DNA of 24,389 nt from Candidatus Nanopusillus sp. (GTDB lineage: Archaea > Nanobdellota > Nanobdellia > Nanobdellales > Nanobdellaceae): the NCBI GenBank assembly GCA_046536775.1, contig JAWDMD010000005.1, positions 1-24,389 of the forward strand. Reading direction: 5' to 3'. The notes beneath the pieces were generated by a model. The model ran no database searches and was not told the origin of the DNA. It worked only from the letters and a program-made list of their open reading frames with translations. Positions 1-8,224 of the stretch are shown here, piece after piece (the stretch's first letter is position 1; each line of letters begins with the position of its first letter). Both the position numbers and the translations under genes were made by a program.

Positions 1-140
1 TCATATATAAAATAATCCTAATTATGTTACATCCAATTTTACCATATATAACAGAATATATATATCAACAATTATATAGAGAAAATAAATTAATAATTGA
101 AAATAAAATCGATGAAATAATGGATTTACTTATTTTATAA
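1..140 (+). CDS. 3' end of a CDS entering from the left edge; probable class Ia aminoacyl-tRNA synthetase C-terminus (partial)
   Basis: Not in the ORF track because it has no Met. The frame of positions 3-5 is open from the window edge to TAA at 138-140. It reads IYKIILIMLHPILPYITEYIYQQLYRENKLIIENKIDEIMDLLIL*. LHPILPYITEYIY matches the conserved helix of the anticodon-binding domain of Val/Ile/Leu/Met-type synthetases; the LeuRS in this window has LYPIVPHIISEIFEKI at the equivalent place. Only 45 codons are visible, so the call is tentative. Confidence 0.4.
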   Translation, partial: IYKIILIMLHPILPYITEYIYQQLYRENKLIIENKIDEIMDLLIL

Positions 141-197
141 AGGATAGATTTAAGGATAATATTATCAGAGAATGTTGAATTATGGTTAGAGCAATCT

Positions 198-551
198 TTG
201 GAAGATTTAGATACAGCAAAGGTATTATTAAATAACAATAAATATTATGCTTCTACATTTTATTCATATCAAGCAGCAGAAAAAGCTTTGGAAGCTTTAC
301 TATTATATTTTGGAAAAGATGTAAAAACACATGATTTAAGTAAAATGCTAGATATAATTAAAGAAGAAGTAAATTTAAATGTTGAAGAAATAAGAAAAGA
401 AGCTTTAAAATTAAATCCAAATTATACAATTTCTAGATGTCCAGATGCGGCAAATAGTTTACCATATTTATTATATGATAAAAATGATGCAGAAGAATAT
501 TTAAAGATGATTGAAAAGATTATTAACTGGGTTAAGAAATTTATTAAATGA
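198..551 (+). CDS. HEPN domain protein (COG2250/PF05168-like), toxin-type partner of the downstream MNT
   Basis: All-helical 117-aa protein. It has the typical WLEQSLEDLDTAKVLL...YYASTFYSYQAAEKALEALL opening helices, KTHDLSKML and a late SRCPD element (usually [AS]RYP). Its stop overlaps the MNT start as ATGA (548-551). The listed start is TTG at 198. The frame is open back to 141 with no ATG/GTG/TTG, and the upstream residues (LSENVELWLEQS) look like part of helix 1, so the true start is uncertain. Confidence 0.8.
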   Translation: MEDLDTAKVLLNNNKYYASTFYSYQAAEKALEALLLYFGKDVKTHDLSKMLDIIKEEVNLNVEEIRKEALKLNPNYTISRCPDAANSLPYLLYDKNDAEEYLKMIEKIINWVKKFIK

Positions 552-838
552 AAGCAAAATCTGCTATTGAAAGTCAAAAAGAATTATTAAAGAAAGCAAT
601 AGAAATAATAAATAATATAAAAAAGGAAATTAATATAATTTATGTTTATGTTGTAGGTTCTAGAGCTAGAGGAGATTATCTAGACACAAGTGATTTAGAT
701 TTAGTAATAATATCTGATGATTTTAAGAATTTGAGATATATAGAAAGGTTAGAAAAATTATATAAATATTCTAAAGGAGATATTGATTTTTTGCGTTTAC
801 AAAAGAAGAATGAGATAATCCAAAAAGTTTATTTATAA
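548..838 (+). CDS. Minimal nucleotidyltransferase (MNT, Pol-beta superfamily), antitoxin-type partner of HEPN
   Basis: VYVVGSRARGDYLDTSDLDLVIISDDF matches the G-S-x(2)-R-G-x(n)-SD-x-D-L signature of PF01909 nucleotidyltransferases. The protein is 96 aa and is translationally coupled to the HEPN gene. Confidence 0.85.
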   Translation: MKAKSAIESQKELLKKAIEIINNIKKEINIIYVYVVGSRARGDYLDTSDLDLVIISDDFKNLRYIERLEKLYKYSKGDIDFLRLQKKNEIIQKVYL

Positions 839-914
839 TTAATATGAAAAGGGAGACAAAGAGATTAGAAGAACTGTTAAAATTTTATGATATAAATTTT
901 TAAATTATTTATAA

Positions 915-2204
915 TTAAAAATATACCAAGGGGATATATTTTATTTTACCATTATTTATAATTCTTTCTCCCCAGTAATTTTTTGTAACAACTATTGAAA
1001 ATCTACTATTATAATTCCTTATAAAATAATATAGACTTCTAGTTAATATATCTCTTTTTATATTCGAAAATTTAACTTCTGTTGGTATTATTTCCTTCCC
1101 TTCAAATATAAAATCTACTTCTGCTTTATTTTTTGTCCTCCAAAAATTAATCTTCCCATACTGATATAATTCATTTAATATAAAATTCTCTATAAGAGTT
1201 CCAGAATCATTTCTAATTTCTATATCATTAAAATTATTTATTAAATAATTTCTTAATCCTGTATCTATAAAGTATATTTTATTTTCTTTCTTTAATTCCG
1301 TAACTAAATTTTTATGAAATGGTCTTATTCTTCTTATAATATATGTTTGCTCTAAAATATCTAATAGATCTATAATTTCTTTAAAATAGCTATTTATCTC
1401 ATTTGCTAATTGTGTTATATTTATTAGAGAACCATTTAAAGATGCTAATGCTGTAATTAATCTTCTAAATTTAATAGTATCTCTTATATTTAAAAAAGAA
1501 ACAACATCCTTATCTAAATATGTATTTACAAGATTTTTCAATAAAAATATTTTTTCTTTTTCACTTTCAGCTGTTACTATAGCGGGATATCCACCAAACT
1601 TTATATATTCATTTAAATACTTTAATAAGTCATTAATGTATATATCTACATCTTTTTTAATTTCAAAATCACTACTATTCATCAAGAGATTTATTACCTT
1701 TTCATTCCATTCTTTATAGATTCTAGCAATTTTTTGATCATTATATAATAAAAATTCATAAAAATTTAAAGGATATAATTCAAATTCTAATAATCTACCA
1801 ACTAGATATCTTGCAGTTTCATTTTTTAACTCTAATGAAGAGGATCCCGTTATAATAATTTTTATATTTTCAAAAAGATCATATATTAATTTTAGTTTTT
1901 TTCCTAAATCTTTACAATATTGGGCTTCATCTATTAAAAAATAATATCTTTTACTATCGGTTATATATTTTCTTATAAAATCTTTTGGATTTTCTGAAAA
2001 CTTATATAGAATTTCATTATCCTCGAAGGTTAAGTAAATAATGTGATCTTCATCAATATTTTTTTCATTTATTAGAAAATCTTTCAACATTTTCAATAAT
2101 GTTGTCTTTCCAGATTGCCTTGGTCCTTTAATTGATATAATTTCTCTTCTATCAATATACCTTATAATCTCATTTAATAATGCCCTAGGTATGTATTCCA
2201 TCAT
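915..2204 (-). CDS. AAA+ ATPase of the archaeal COG1373 type (AAA_14 + DUF4143 architecture)
   Basis: Walker A is IKGPRQSGKTTLL and Walker B is YYFLIDEAQY. The 429-aa length and the C-terminal region ending ...NFWRTKNKAEVDFIFEGKEIIPTEVKF are typical of DUF4143, a PD-(D/E)XK-like EVD...E-V-K tail. Confidence 0.8.
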   Translation of the reverse strand: MMEYIPRALLNEIIRYIDRREIISIKGPRQSGKTTLLKMLKDFLINEKNIDEDHIIYLTFEDNEILYKFSENPKDFIRKYITDSKRYYFLIDEAQYCKDLGKKLKLIYDLFENIKIIITGSSSLELKNETARYLVGRLLEFELYPLNFYEFLLYNDQKIARIYKEWNEKVINLLMNSSDFEIKKDVDIYINDLLKYLNEYIKFGGYPAIVTAESEKEKIFLLKNLVNTYLDKDVVSFLNIRDTIKFRRLITALASLNGSLINITQLANEINSYFKEIIDLLDILEQTYIIRRIRPFHKNLVTELKKENKIYFIDTGLRNYLINNFNDIEIRNDSGTLIENFILNELYQYGKINFWRTKNKAEVDFIFEGKEIIPTEVKFSNIKRDILTRSLYYFIRNYNSRFSIVVTKNYWGERIINNGKIKYIPLVYF

Positions 2205-2267
2205 AGTAATACTTTTTCTAAAAACTTTTTAATTTTGGCATGGTCAAAATTAAAATATATTTAAAAA

Positions 2268-2933
2268 TTATCTTATAAATCCTTCGGCCAATTCTTTTAT
2301 TTTTTCATAAAAATTATTGGCTTTAGTAACTGCAGAGGATAATAACACCCCTTCAGCACCAAATTCCAATGCTTTTTTTACATCCTCTTTATTACTTATA
2401 CCAGCTCCAACCAATACTTTAATATTTGAATTAATTTCTTTGATCATCTTAACAGAATTTATTACTATTTCAGGTCTTGCAGTCGATACAGAAATTCCAG
2501 TTCCTATCAATTCTGGTGGTTCTACAGCAACATAATCTGGATTCAATTTTGCAACTGCAGCTCCCACAAAATTATCATTTGCACATACTATAGTAATTAA
2601 ACCCAACCTTTTTGCTATATTTATTGCCTTTTCTATATCTATAATTTTCATTGGTTTTTCTGAATGATTTATTAAAGTTCCAACAGCACCAGCTTCTTTT
2701 ACAGCTTCAGGTAATATATATCCTGTATATGCGCCTGGTTCAATTGGATCTATATGCTGTGTAAATATTTTTACTCTCTTTGCATTTTTTGATAATAAAT
2801 ATATATCAGTAGATTGCGGAGCAATTCCTATATCAATATTATATTCTTCAGAGACTTTTTCAGCAGCTTCTAATAATTCCAACCCTCTTTTTCCAATTGT
2901 TTCTATATAAGATTTTAAATTTATAACCAACAT
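2268..2933 (-). CDS. tpiA: Triosephosphate isomerase, short archaeal type
   Basis: The 221-aa length is typical of archaeal TIM. Motifs include MLVINLKSY (substrate Lys), LINHSE (catalytic His), AVEPPELIGTG (catalytic Glu) and the GAGIS / LLSSAV phosphate-binding loops. Confidence 0.9.
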   Translation of the reverse strand: MLVINLKSYIETIGKRGLELLEAAEKVSEEYNIDIGIAPQSTDIYLLSKNAKRVKIFTQHIDPIEPGAYTGYILPEAVKEAGAVGTLINHSEKPMKIIDIEKAINIAKRLGLITIVCANDNFVGAAVAKLNPDYVAVEPPELIGTGISVSTARPEIVINSVKMIKEINSNIKVLVGAGISNKEDVKKALEFGAEGVLLSSAVTKANNFYEKIKELAEGFIR

Positions 2934-2973
2934 TTTATAATTTATAAAATTCGTAAATTTATAAGAATTTATA
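2934..2973. promoter_or_regulatory. 40-bp divergent promoter region with two opposed TATA-like boxes (tpiA / P-type ATPase), both probably leaderless
   Basis: The whole spacer is TTTATAATTTATAAAATTCGTAAATTTATAAGAATTTATA. TTTATAAAA at 2941-2949 is centred about 29 nt before ATG 2974. On the minus strand, TTATAAAT at 2964-2957 is centred about 27 nt before ATG 2933. These spacings fit archaeal TATA-to-TSS distance. The AT-rich background makes chance matches likely. Confidence 0.35.
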
Positions 2974-5532
2974 ATGTGGCATTCTTTACCTGTTGAAGAA
3001 GTATTAAAAAAATTAAATACATCAAATAAAGGTTTAGATGATTATGAAGCTGAAAAGAGGTTAAAAATATATGGAGAAAATAAAATAAGATTAGAAAAAA
3101 GGAATTTTATAGAAATTATAATTGAATATTTAAAAAATCCATTCCTATTATTATTTTTTGTTGCAGATATATTATCAATTATTTTTGGTGGTATTACTGA
3201 AGGATCTGCAATAACATTATTTCTAATATTGTATATAATATCAGATTATTTACATGATAAAAAATCTGAAAAAATAATAAAATCCCTAGAAGAAAATATA
3301 GAAAGTAATGTTTTAGTTATTAGAAATGGAAAATATAAATATATAAAATCATCAAAAATTGTTCCGGGGGATATTATTGTATTGAAATATGGACAGAGAG
3401 CTCCTGCTGATATAAGAATAATAGAATCTATTGATCTAGAAGTTGATGAAAGCTCTTTAACTGGTGAATCTGAGCCTGTAAAAAAATATAATACCATATT
3501 ACCAAAAGATATTTCAATAAAGGAAAGAAAAAATATGATATTTCAAAATAGTTATATAATAAAGGGAATTGCAGTTGGTGTTGTAGTTGAAACTGGAAAT
3601 AATACATATTATGGAAATATATACAAAAATATAAGCAAACAAAAGAGAAACAAATCTCTCTTACAGGAAGAATTAGATAAATTCTCATATTATATGATAA
3701 TAATTATATCAATAATTGTAATTATATCTTTTGTAATATTATTGATCAAAAATATATTAAATTTATACCAGCTAATAATATTTGTAATAGCTTTAGCTAT
3801 TGTAGTAATACCGGAAGGATTGCCTGCAGCACTAGTATTAATATATACAATAAGTGGCCAAAAATTGGAAAAAGATCATATATATGTAAAAGATCCCAAC
3901 ATATTAGAAGATATTAGCAATATTGATACAGTTGTTTTAGATAAAACTGGCACAATTACATATAATGAATTAATTATAAATAAATTTTTTTATAATGGTA
4001 AACTTTATAATGTAAAATATTATCAGGATAGGACAGAAATAATGTTTAATAAAAAAATAATAAATATTGATGAAGTAAAAGAATTCTTAATATTTTTGTA
4101 TAATTCAATAGAAGACTATTTAACAATAGATATAGAAAAAAATATTGGAGATCCTATAAATTTATCAATATATAAATTGACAAAATATTTGAAGACTTCT
4201 AAATTTTTAGAAAGATATTCCGTAAATTATTTTGATCCTTATAGAAAGAGATCTTCTGTAATAGTAAAATATAATGATAAGAAATATGCAATAATAAAGG
4301 GCTCTCCATCATCCCTTTTATCTATCTCAAAATATATAATAATAAATAATAAGATATTTAAAATAGATAAATATAGAGAAAAAATTGAAAAAATTGAAAA
4401 AAAATATGGAAAAAAGGGTTATAAAATATTAGCAATTGGTATTAAAGAAATAGAGGATAACAAAGAACTTGAAAAAGATATAATATTCCTGGGATTATTA
4501 TTTATAAAGGACAAAATAAGAGAGGGGATTTTAAAATATATAAAAGAATTAGAAGATCTTGATATAAAAATATATATAGTAACTGGAGATAATAAAGATC
4601 ATACCTCTGGAATATTGAGATTATTAAAGTTAGATTATAAAATAGTAGATGCAAATGAAATAAAAAAATTGAATGAAGACTATCTATATAGGTTATTAAA
4701 AGATCATCATGTTATAGTAAATGCAGATCCTTTAGATAAATATAGAATAATAAAAACATTAAAAGATAAAGGTCATAAAGTATTATTTGTTGGAGATGGT
4801 ACAAATGATGCCATAGCATTGAAAATATCTAATGTTGGTGTTTCATTTTATAATGCAACAGATATAGCAAAGGATTCTGCAAATGTTATATTGATGGATA
4901 AAGGAATAGATAATATAACAAAACTAATTATGGAAGGAAAAAGAATTATATACAATCTAAAAGTATATATCTTAGTATTATTATCTGAACTACTTGGGGT
5001 ATTTCTATTTATTTCAATTGGATTTTTTATATACAATCAAATATTTCTACAAGCTTTACAATTATTATTATTAAATTTAACAATTGAAACAATCAATTCA
5101 TTATATATAGGCTCATCAAATGTTAAGGATAAAAAAATGTTAAAGAAAATGAAGGTTAAGATATTTGATAGATATACAAAAATAGAAATAATAAGAAATA
5201 TTATATTTATCGGACTTACTTCCACAATAGTCTCTCTAGCTACCAATGATAATAGCTATATAATAATATTATTCTTAATAGCAACACAAGGAATACTATA
5301 TATCCACTATGAAAAAGTATTCTCCTTAAATATAACAAAAACAAAAGAATATTATATATCAATATTTCTATCAACATTTATAGCATCTATATTTCTAGTT
5401 GGATATTTAAGAGAAATTGTTCAGTTTATAATACCATCTTTAATTGATATAGCAATATTTGCAGTAGTTTCATTATATTTCTTCTTTATATATTCAATAA
5501 TAGAAAAAGTAGAAAATATCAGAGGTATCTGA
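2974..5532 (+). CDS. Cation-transporting P-type ATPase (P2-like, PEGLP M4 motif)
   Basis: Motifs: LTGESEPV (actuator TGES), IPEGLPAAL (M4), DKTGTIT (phosphorylated Asp), TGDN and GDGTNDAIALK (hinge). The protein is 852 aa with N- and C-terminal TM blocks. Ion specificity cannot be called by eye. Confidence 0.9.
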   Translation: MWHSLPVEEVLKKLNTSNKGLDDYEAEKRLKIYGENKIRLEKRNFIEIIIEYLKNPFLLLFFVADILSIIFGGITEGSAITLFLILYIISDYLHDKKSEKIIKSLEENIESNVLVIRNGKYKYIKSSKIVPGDIIVLKYGQRAPADIRIIESIDLEVDESSLTGESEPVKKYNTILPKDISIKERKNMIFQNSYIIKGIAVGVVVETGNNTYYGNIYKNISKQKRNKSLLQEELDKFSYYMIIIISIIVIISFVILLIKNILNLYQLIIFVIALAIVVIPEGLPAALVLIYTISGQKLEKDHIYVKDPNILEDISNIDTVVLDKTGTITYNELIINKFFYNGKLYNVKYYQDRTEIMFNKKIINIDEVKEFLIFLYNSIEDYLTIDIEKNIGDPINLSIYKLTKYLKTSKFLERYSVNYFDPYRKRSSVIVKYNDKKYAIIKGSPSSLLSISKYIIINNKIFKIDKYREKIEKIEKKYGKKGYKILAIGIKEIEDNKELEKDIIFLGLLFIKDKIREGILKYIKELEDLDIKIYIVTGDNKDHTSGILRLLKLDYKIVDANEIKKLNEDYLYRLLKDHHVIVNADPLDKYRIIKTLKDKGHKVLFVGDGTNDAIALKISNVGVSFYNATDIAKDSANVILMDKGIDNITKLIMEGKRIIYNLKVYILVLLSELLGVFLFISIGFFIYNQIFLQALQLLLLNLTIETINSLYIGSSNVKDKKMLKKMKVKIFDRYTKIEIIRNIIFIGLTSTIVSLATNDNSYIIILFLIATQGILYIHYEKVFSLNITKTKEYYISIFLSTFIASIFLVGYLREIVQFIIPSLIDIAIFAVVSLYFFFIYSIIEKVENIRGI

Positions 5533-5575
5533 ATATCATCATGTATCAGTCAACTCTGACCTTCATCACTATTTT
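5513..5575 (-). ncRNA. Box C/D sRNA (2'-O-methylation guide RNA)
   Basis: The minus strand reads AAAAUA-GUGAUGA-AGGUCAGAGUUGA-CUGA-UAC-AUGAUGA-UAUUCAGAUACCU-CUGA-UAUUUU. Box positions are C 5569-5563, D' 5549-5546, C' 5542-5536 and D 5522-5519. The guide spacers are symmetric at 13 nt. A 6-bp terminal stem pairs 5575-5570 with 5518-5513. A TATA-like TTATATTT (5599-5592, minus) lies about 26 nt upstream. The element sits in a locally GC-enriched patch of an AT-rich spacer. Confidence 0.78.
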
Positions 5576-5604
5576 TAATAATATTAATATCAAATATAAT
5601 TTTT

Positions 5605-6732
5605 ATGGATCTTCCAAAAATATCAATTATATTTCCTATTTATAAAAAAAGTAAATATTTGGAAACTAATATTCAAAAAATATTAAAAGATCCTTATCCA
5701 AATAATCTAAAAGAAATAATAATATCAATAGACTCTCCAGAAGATGATTTCCTAAATAAATTAATGGAACTAAAAAATAAATATAAAAATATAACATTAG
5801 TTATATCAAAAGATAGAAGAGGGAAAGTTTCTGCAACTAACGATGCAGTAAAAATATCTTCTGGAGAAATTTTATTTTTCTTTGATTCAGATACTATTAT
5901 TGATTATATTAATATAAAGGGAATTGTTGAAGAATTAAAAGAATATGATATAATAGAATTCTATAAAGAAATAATTAGAAAAGGTTGGCTCGGTTATCTT
6001 ATGTTCATAGAATTTTCTTCATATTTTGACATTATTGACCCTATATTAAATAAAACAAAAAGACCATTATTCTTAAATGGGAGTGGATTTGCAACTAAAA
6101 AAAGCGTATGGAATGATGTGGGTGGATATTCTAGAGTATATGTAGAAGATGTAGATTTTGCTATGAAAGCTGGAAAAAAAGGGTATAAGTATTATATGTC
6201 AAAAGATATAAAATTGCTAATTGAACCATTAAAAGGTTTAAGACAATGGATTGAACAAAGAAAGAGATGGAGTTTTGGACTTATAGAAGTAATACTAAAT
6301 CATCTAGACTACATGGCAGATTTCTTTATACACAATTTGTTAACTTTTATGTTGATACTTCTACTTTTGTATTTACCATACCTAATATGGACTTACATAT
6401 ATATTTACTTGCCGGTCTCTTTCTTATATCAAATTGCTATAAATATATATGAAAACTTATCTAAAAATATTAGCTTTATATATTTAATAATATTAAGTCC
6501 ATCATCTATTTTCAAATTATTTTACATTCTATATCTACCTTTATTATATACAATAATAACTTCCGCTTATATATATTTATTAATTTCAATAAAGAGAAGA
6601 AAGTTATATAATTTTCCTTTATTTATATTATTTTCAATATTATATATACCATTATATGAAATAATAATAATATATGATATAATATATTATGGAATATTTG
6701 AAAAAGCTCCAAAGATGAATTGGAAGGTTTAA
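5605..6732 (+). CDS. Family 2 glycosyltransferase, processive synthase type with C-terminal polytopic membrane domain
   Basis: ISIIFPIYKK is a GT-A N-terminus. Signature motifs follow in order: IDSPEDD (D), FFFDSDT (DxD), YVEDVDF (ED) and QRKRWSFG (Q-x-x-R-W). The last ~150 aa are hydrophobic with several TM helices. Confidence 0.85.
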   Translation: MDLPKISIIFPIYKKSKYLETNIQKILKDPYPNNLKEIIISIDSPEDDFLNKLMELKNKYKNITLVISKDRRGKVSATNDAVKISSGEILFFFDSDTIIDYINIKGIVEELKEYDIIEFYKEIIRKGWLGYLMFIEFSSYFDIIDPILNKTKRPLFLNGSGFATKKSVWNDVGGYSRVYVEDVDFAMKAGKKGYKYYMSKDIKLLIEPLKGLRQWIEQRKRWSFGLIEVILNHLDYMADFFIHNLLTFMLILLLLYLPYLIWTYIYIYLPVSFLYQIAINIYENLSKNISFIYLIILSPSSIFKLFYILYLPLLYTIITSAYIYLLISIKRRKLYNFPLFILFSILYIPLYEIIIIYDIIYYGIFEKAPKMNWKV

Positions 6733-7715
6733 TGATGAAAAAAATAGTAATATTGGGAACTTCATCCTCAATGCCTACTAAAAGTAGAAATCATCCAGGG
6801 ATATTTATAAAATTCAATAAGATGGGGATTTTATTGGATTGCGGAGAGAGTGTACAAAGACAATTAAGAATAATGAAAATCTCACCAACAGATATAGATT
6901 ATATATTAATTACACATTGGCATGGAGATCATGTTTTAGGATTACCGGGTATTTTTCAAAGTCTATCTAGTATGAATTATAAAAAAAGATTAAATATAAT
7001 AATCCCAAAAGAAAATATAGAAAATTTGAAAAGAATAATTGAAGATTTTATAATTCCAATAAACTTTGATATAAATATAATAGAAGCAAAAGATGATCTA
7101 ATAGTTGATGAAGAAGATTTCCAAATATATGGAATAAAGACAAAACATTCTACAATTTCTTACTCGTATTATATTATAGAAAAAGACTATATTAAATTAG
7201 ATAAAGATCTTCTAAAGAAATATAATATAAAAAATAAAGAATTAATTAAAAAATTAAAGGAAGGAAAAGAGATAGAAATAGATGGTAAAATAATATCTTA
7301 TAAAGATGTCGGATATATAAAGAAAGGAATTAAAATTACATATATTACAGATACAATATTTCTTGATAAATTAATTGATTTTGCAAAGAATAGTACAATA
7401 TTAATATCTGAATCCACATATTTTTTCCAACCAGATCTAGCAAAGAAAAATATGCATATGGATTTTTTGGAAGTTAGAGAAATTTTTAACAGAAGTAACA
7501 GTAAAATATTATTATTAACACATTTCAGTCAAAGATATGAAGAAGAAATGGAAAATATAAGAAAAGATATTGAAGAAAAAAATGAAAATATCTATATATT
7601 GGATGATTTTGATGAAATAGATATATACAAAGATAAAATAGAATTAAAATTAAACAAAAAGAAAATTATCTATAAATATGATGAAAAAACCGGACAGGTA
7701 TTAAGACTCGATTAG
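6732..7715 (+). CDS. rnz: Ribonuclease Z (tRNA 3' endonuclease, metallo-beta-lactamase fold)
   Basis: ILGTSSSMPTKSRNHPG is the N-terminal RNase Z motif and ITHWHGDHVLGLPG is H-x-H-x-D-H. LLLTHFSQRY is the C-terminal His motif. The ORF track starts at TTG 6720. I prefer ATG 6732, which overlaps the GT2 stop as TAATG. There is a C-terminal extension of roughly 40 aa. Confidence 0.85.
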   Translation: MMKKIVILGTSSSMPTKSRNHPGIFIKFNKMGILLDCGESVQRQLRIMKISPTDIDYILITHWHGDHVLGLPGIFQSLSSMNYKKRLNIIIPKENIENLKRIIEDFIIPINFDINIIEAKDDLIVDEEDFQIYGIKTKHSTISYSYYIIEKDYIKLDKDLLKKYNIKNKELIKKLKEGKEIEIDGKIISYKDVGYIKKGIKITYITDTIFLDKLIDFAKNSTILISESTYFFQPDLAKKNMHMDFLEVREIFNRSNSKILLLTHFSQRYEEEMENIRKDIEEKNENIYILDDFDEIDIYKDKIELKLNKKKIIYKYDEKTGQVLRLD

Positions 7716-8129
7716 TCTTTTCAATTCTTCCTTTAATTCTTCTAATTCAGAAGATATATCATCTAATTCTTTTCCAATTTGATTATTATCTTCCTTATTT
7801 TCTTCTTTTATTACTTCAACCTTTGGTTTCTTTCTTACTTTCTTTTTTTCTGTAATTTCCACTTTATTTAATTCTTCAGAATTAATTTCTTTATATAATT
7901 CTTCTATCTTTTTTGTTTCTGGTAATGAATTTAATAGTTCATCTATTATATCTTTTATAGATTTTATATTTTCTAATAGTTTATCTAATCTCTGACTTTT
8001 AACTTCATGATCTTTTATATCATGTAATACATCATATAGTTGCAAATATATATTTTTCTTTACTCTCTTAATTACTCCTAATAAATCTTTCTCAGATTTT
8101 ATTTCAACATATAGATTATCTGTGGACAT
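7701..8129 (-). CDS. Hypothetical K/E-rich coiled-coil protein (142 aa)
   Basis: The ORF is long for this AT-rich context and starts at ATG 8127-8129, 17 nt below the tRNA-Gly 3' end. Heptad-like charged repeats are present. Its N-terminal ~65 aa align loosely by eye with the C-terminal ~65 aa of the 211-aa neighbour at 8225-8860. No family was recognised. Confidence 0.5.
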   Translation of the reverse strand: MSTDNLYVEIKSEKDLLGVIKRVKKNIYLQLYDVLHDIKDHEVKSQRLDKLLENIKSIKDIIDELLNSLPETKKIEELYKEINSEELNKVEITEKKKVRKKPKVEVIKEENKEDNNQIGKELDDISSELEELKEELKRLIES

Positions 8130-8145
8130 TGTATGAATCGTTTTA

Positions 8146-8216
8146 TGCGCCGGCCGGGATTCGAACCCGGGTCGTAGGCTAGGCAGGCCTACGTCCTACC
8201 ACTAGACTACCGGCGC
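8146..8216 (-). tRNA. tRNA-Gly (anticodon GCC)
   Basis: The reverse complement folds as GCGCCGG-TA-GTCT-AGTGGTA-GGAC-G-TAGGC-CTGCCTA-GCCTA-CGAC-CCGGG-TTCGAAT-CCCGG-CCGGCGC-A. The acceptor and T stems are entirely G-C, the discriminator is A, and no CCA is encoded. The anticodon loop CUGCCUA gives GCC, with U at position 37. Confidence 0.9.
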
Positions 8217-8224
8217 TCTCCATT

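Noticed and set aside
780-838. Possible frameshift at the T6 run (789-794) near the MNT 3' end. The +1 frame reads AFTKEE, resembling the (Y/F)-T-x-EE motif common at MNT C-termini.
   Set aside because: The alternative frame hits TGA immediately after AFTKEE. The annotated frame gives a plausible 96-aa product with all catalytic motifs intact. The resemblance is only 4-5 residues.
4371-4400. Short tandem GAAAAAATT GAAAAAATT in the ATPase gene (encodes EKIEKIEKK).
   Set aside because: It is a two-copy, 9-bp, A-rich microrepeat inside a well-supported CDS. This is expected from composition and has no independent significance.
2317-5246. Track ORFs 2317-2535(+), 3246-3497(-), 3428-3688(-), 4848-5036(-) and 5037-5246(-).
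   Set aside because: All lie entirely antisense to, or out of frame within, confidently identified genes (tpiA, P-type ATPase). Their translations are low-complexity I/F/L/S-rich strings typical of shadow ORFs in AT-rich DNA.
5523-5535. The D guide of the C/D sRNA (UAUUCAGAUACCU) resembles the universal 16S segment AUUAGAUACCC, suggesting a 16S target.
   Set aside because: The resemblance is in the sense orientation, and a guide must be antisense to its target. It therefore says nothing about targeting, and the target remains unknown.
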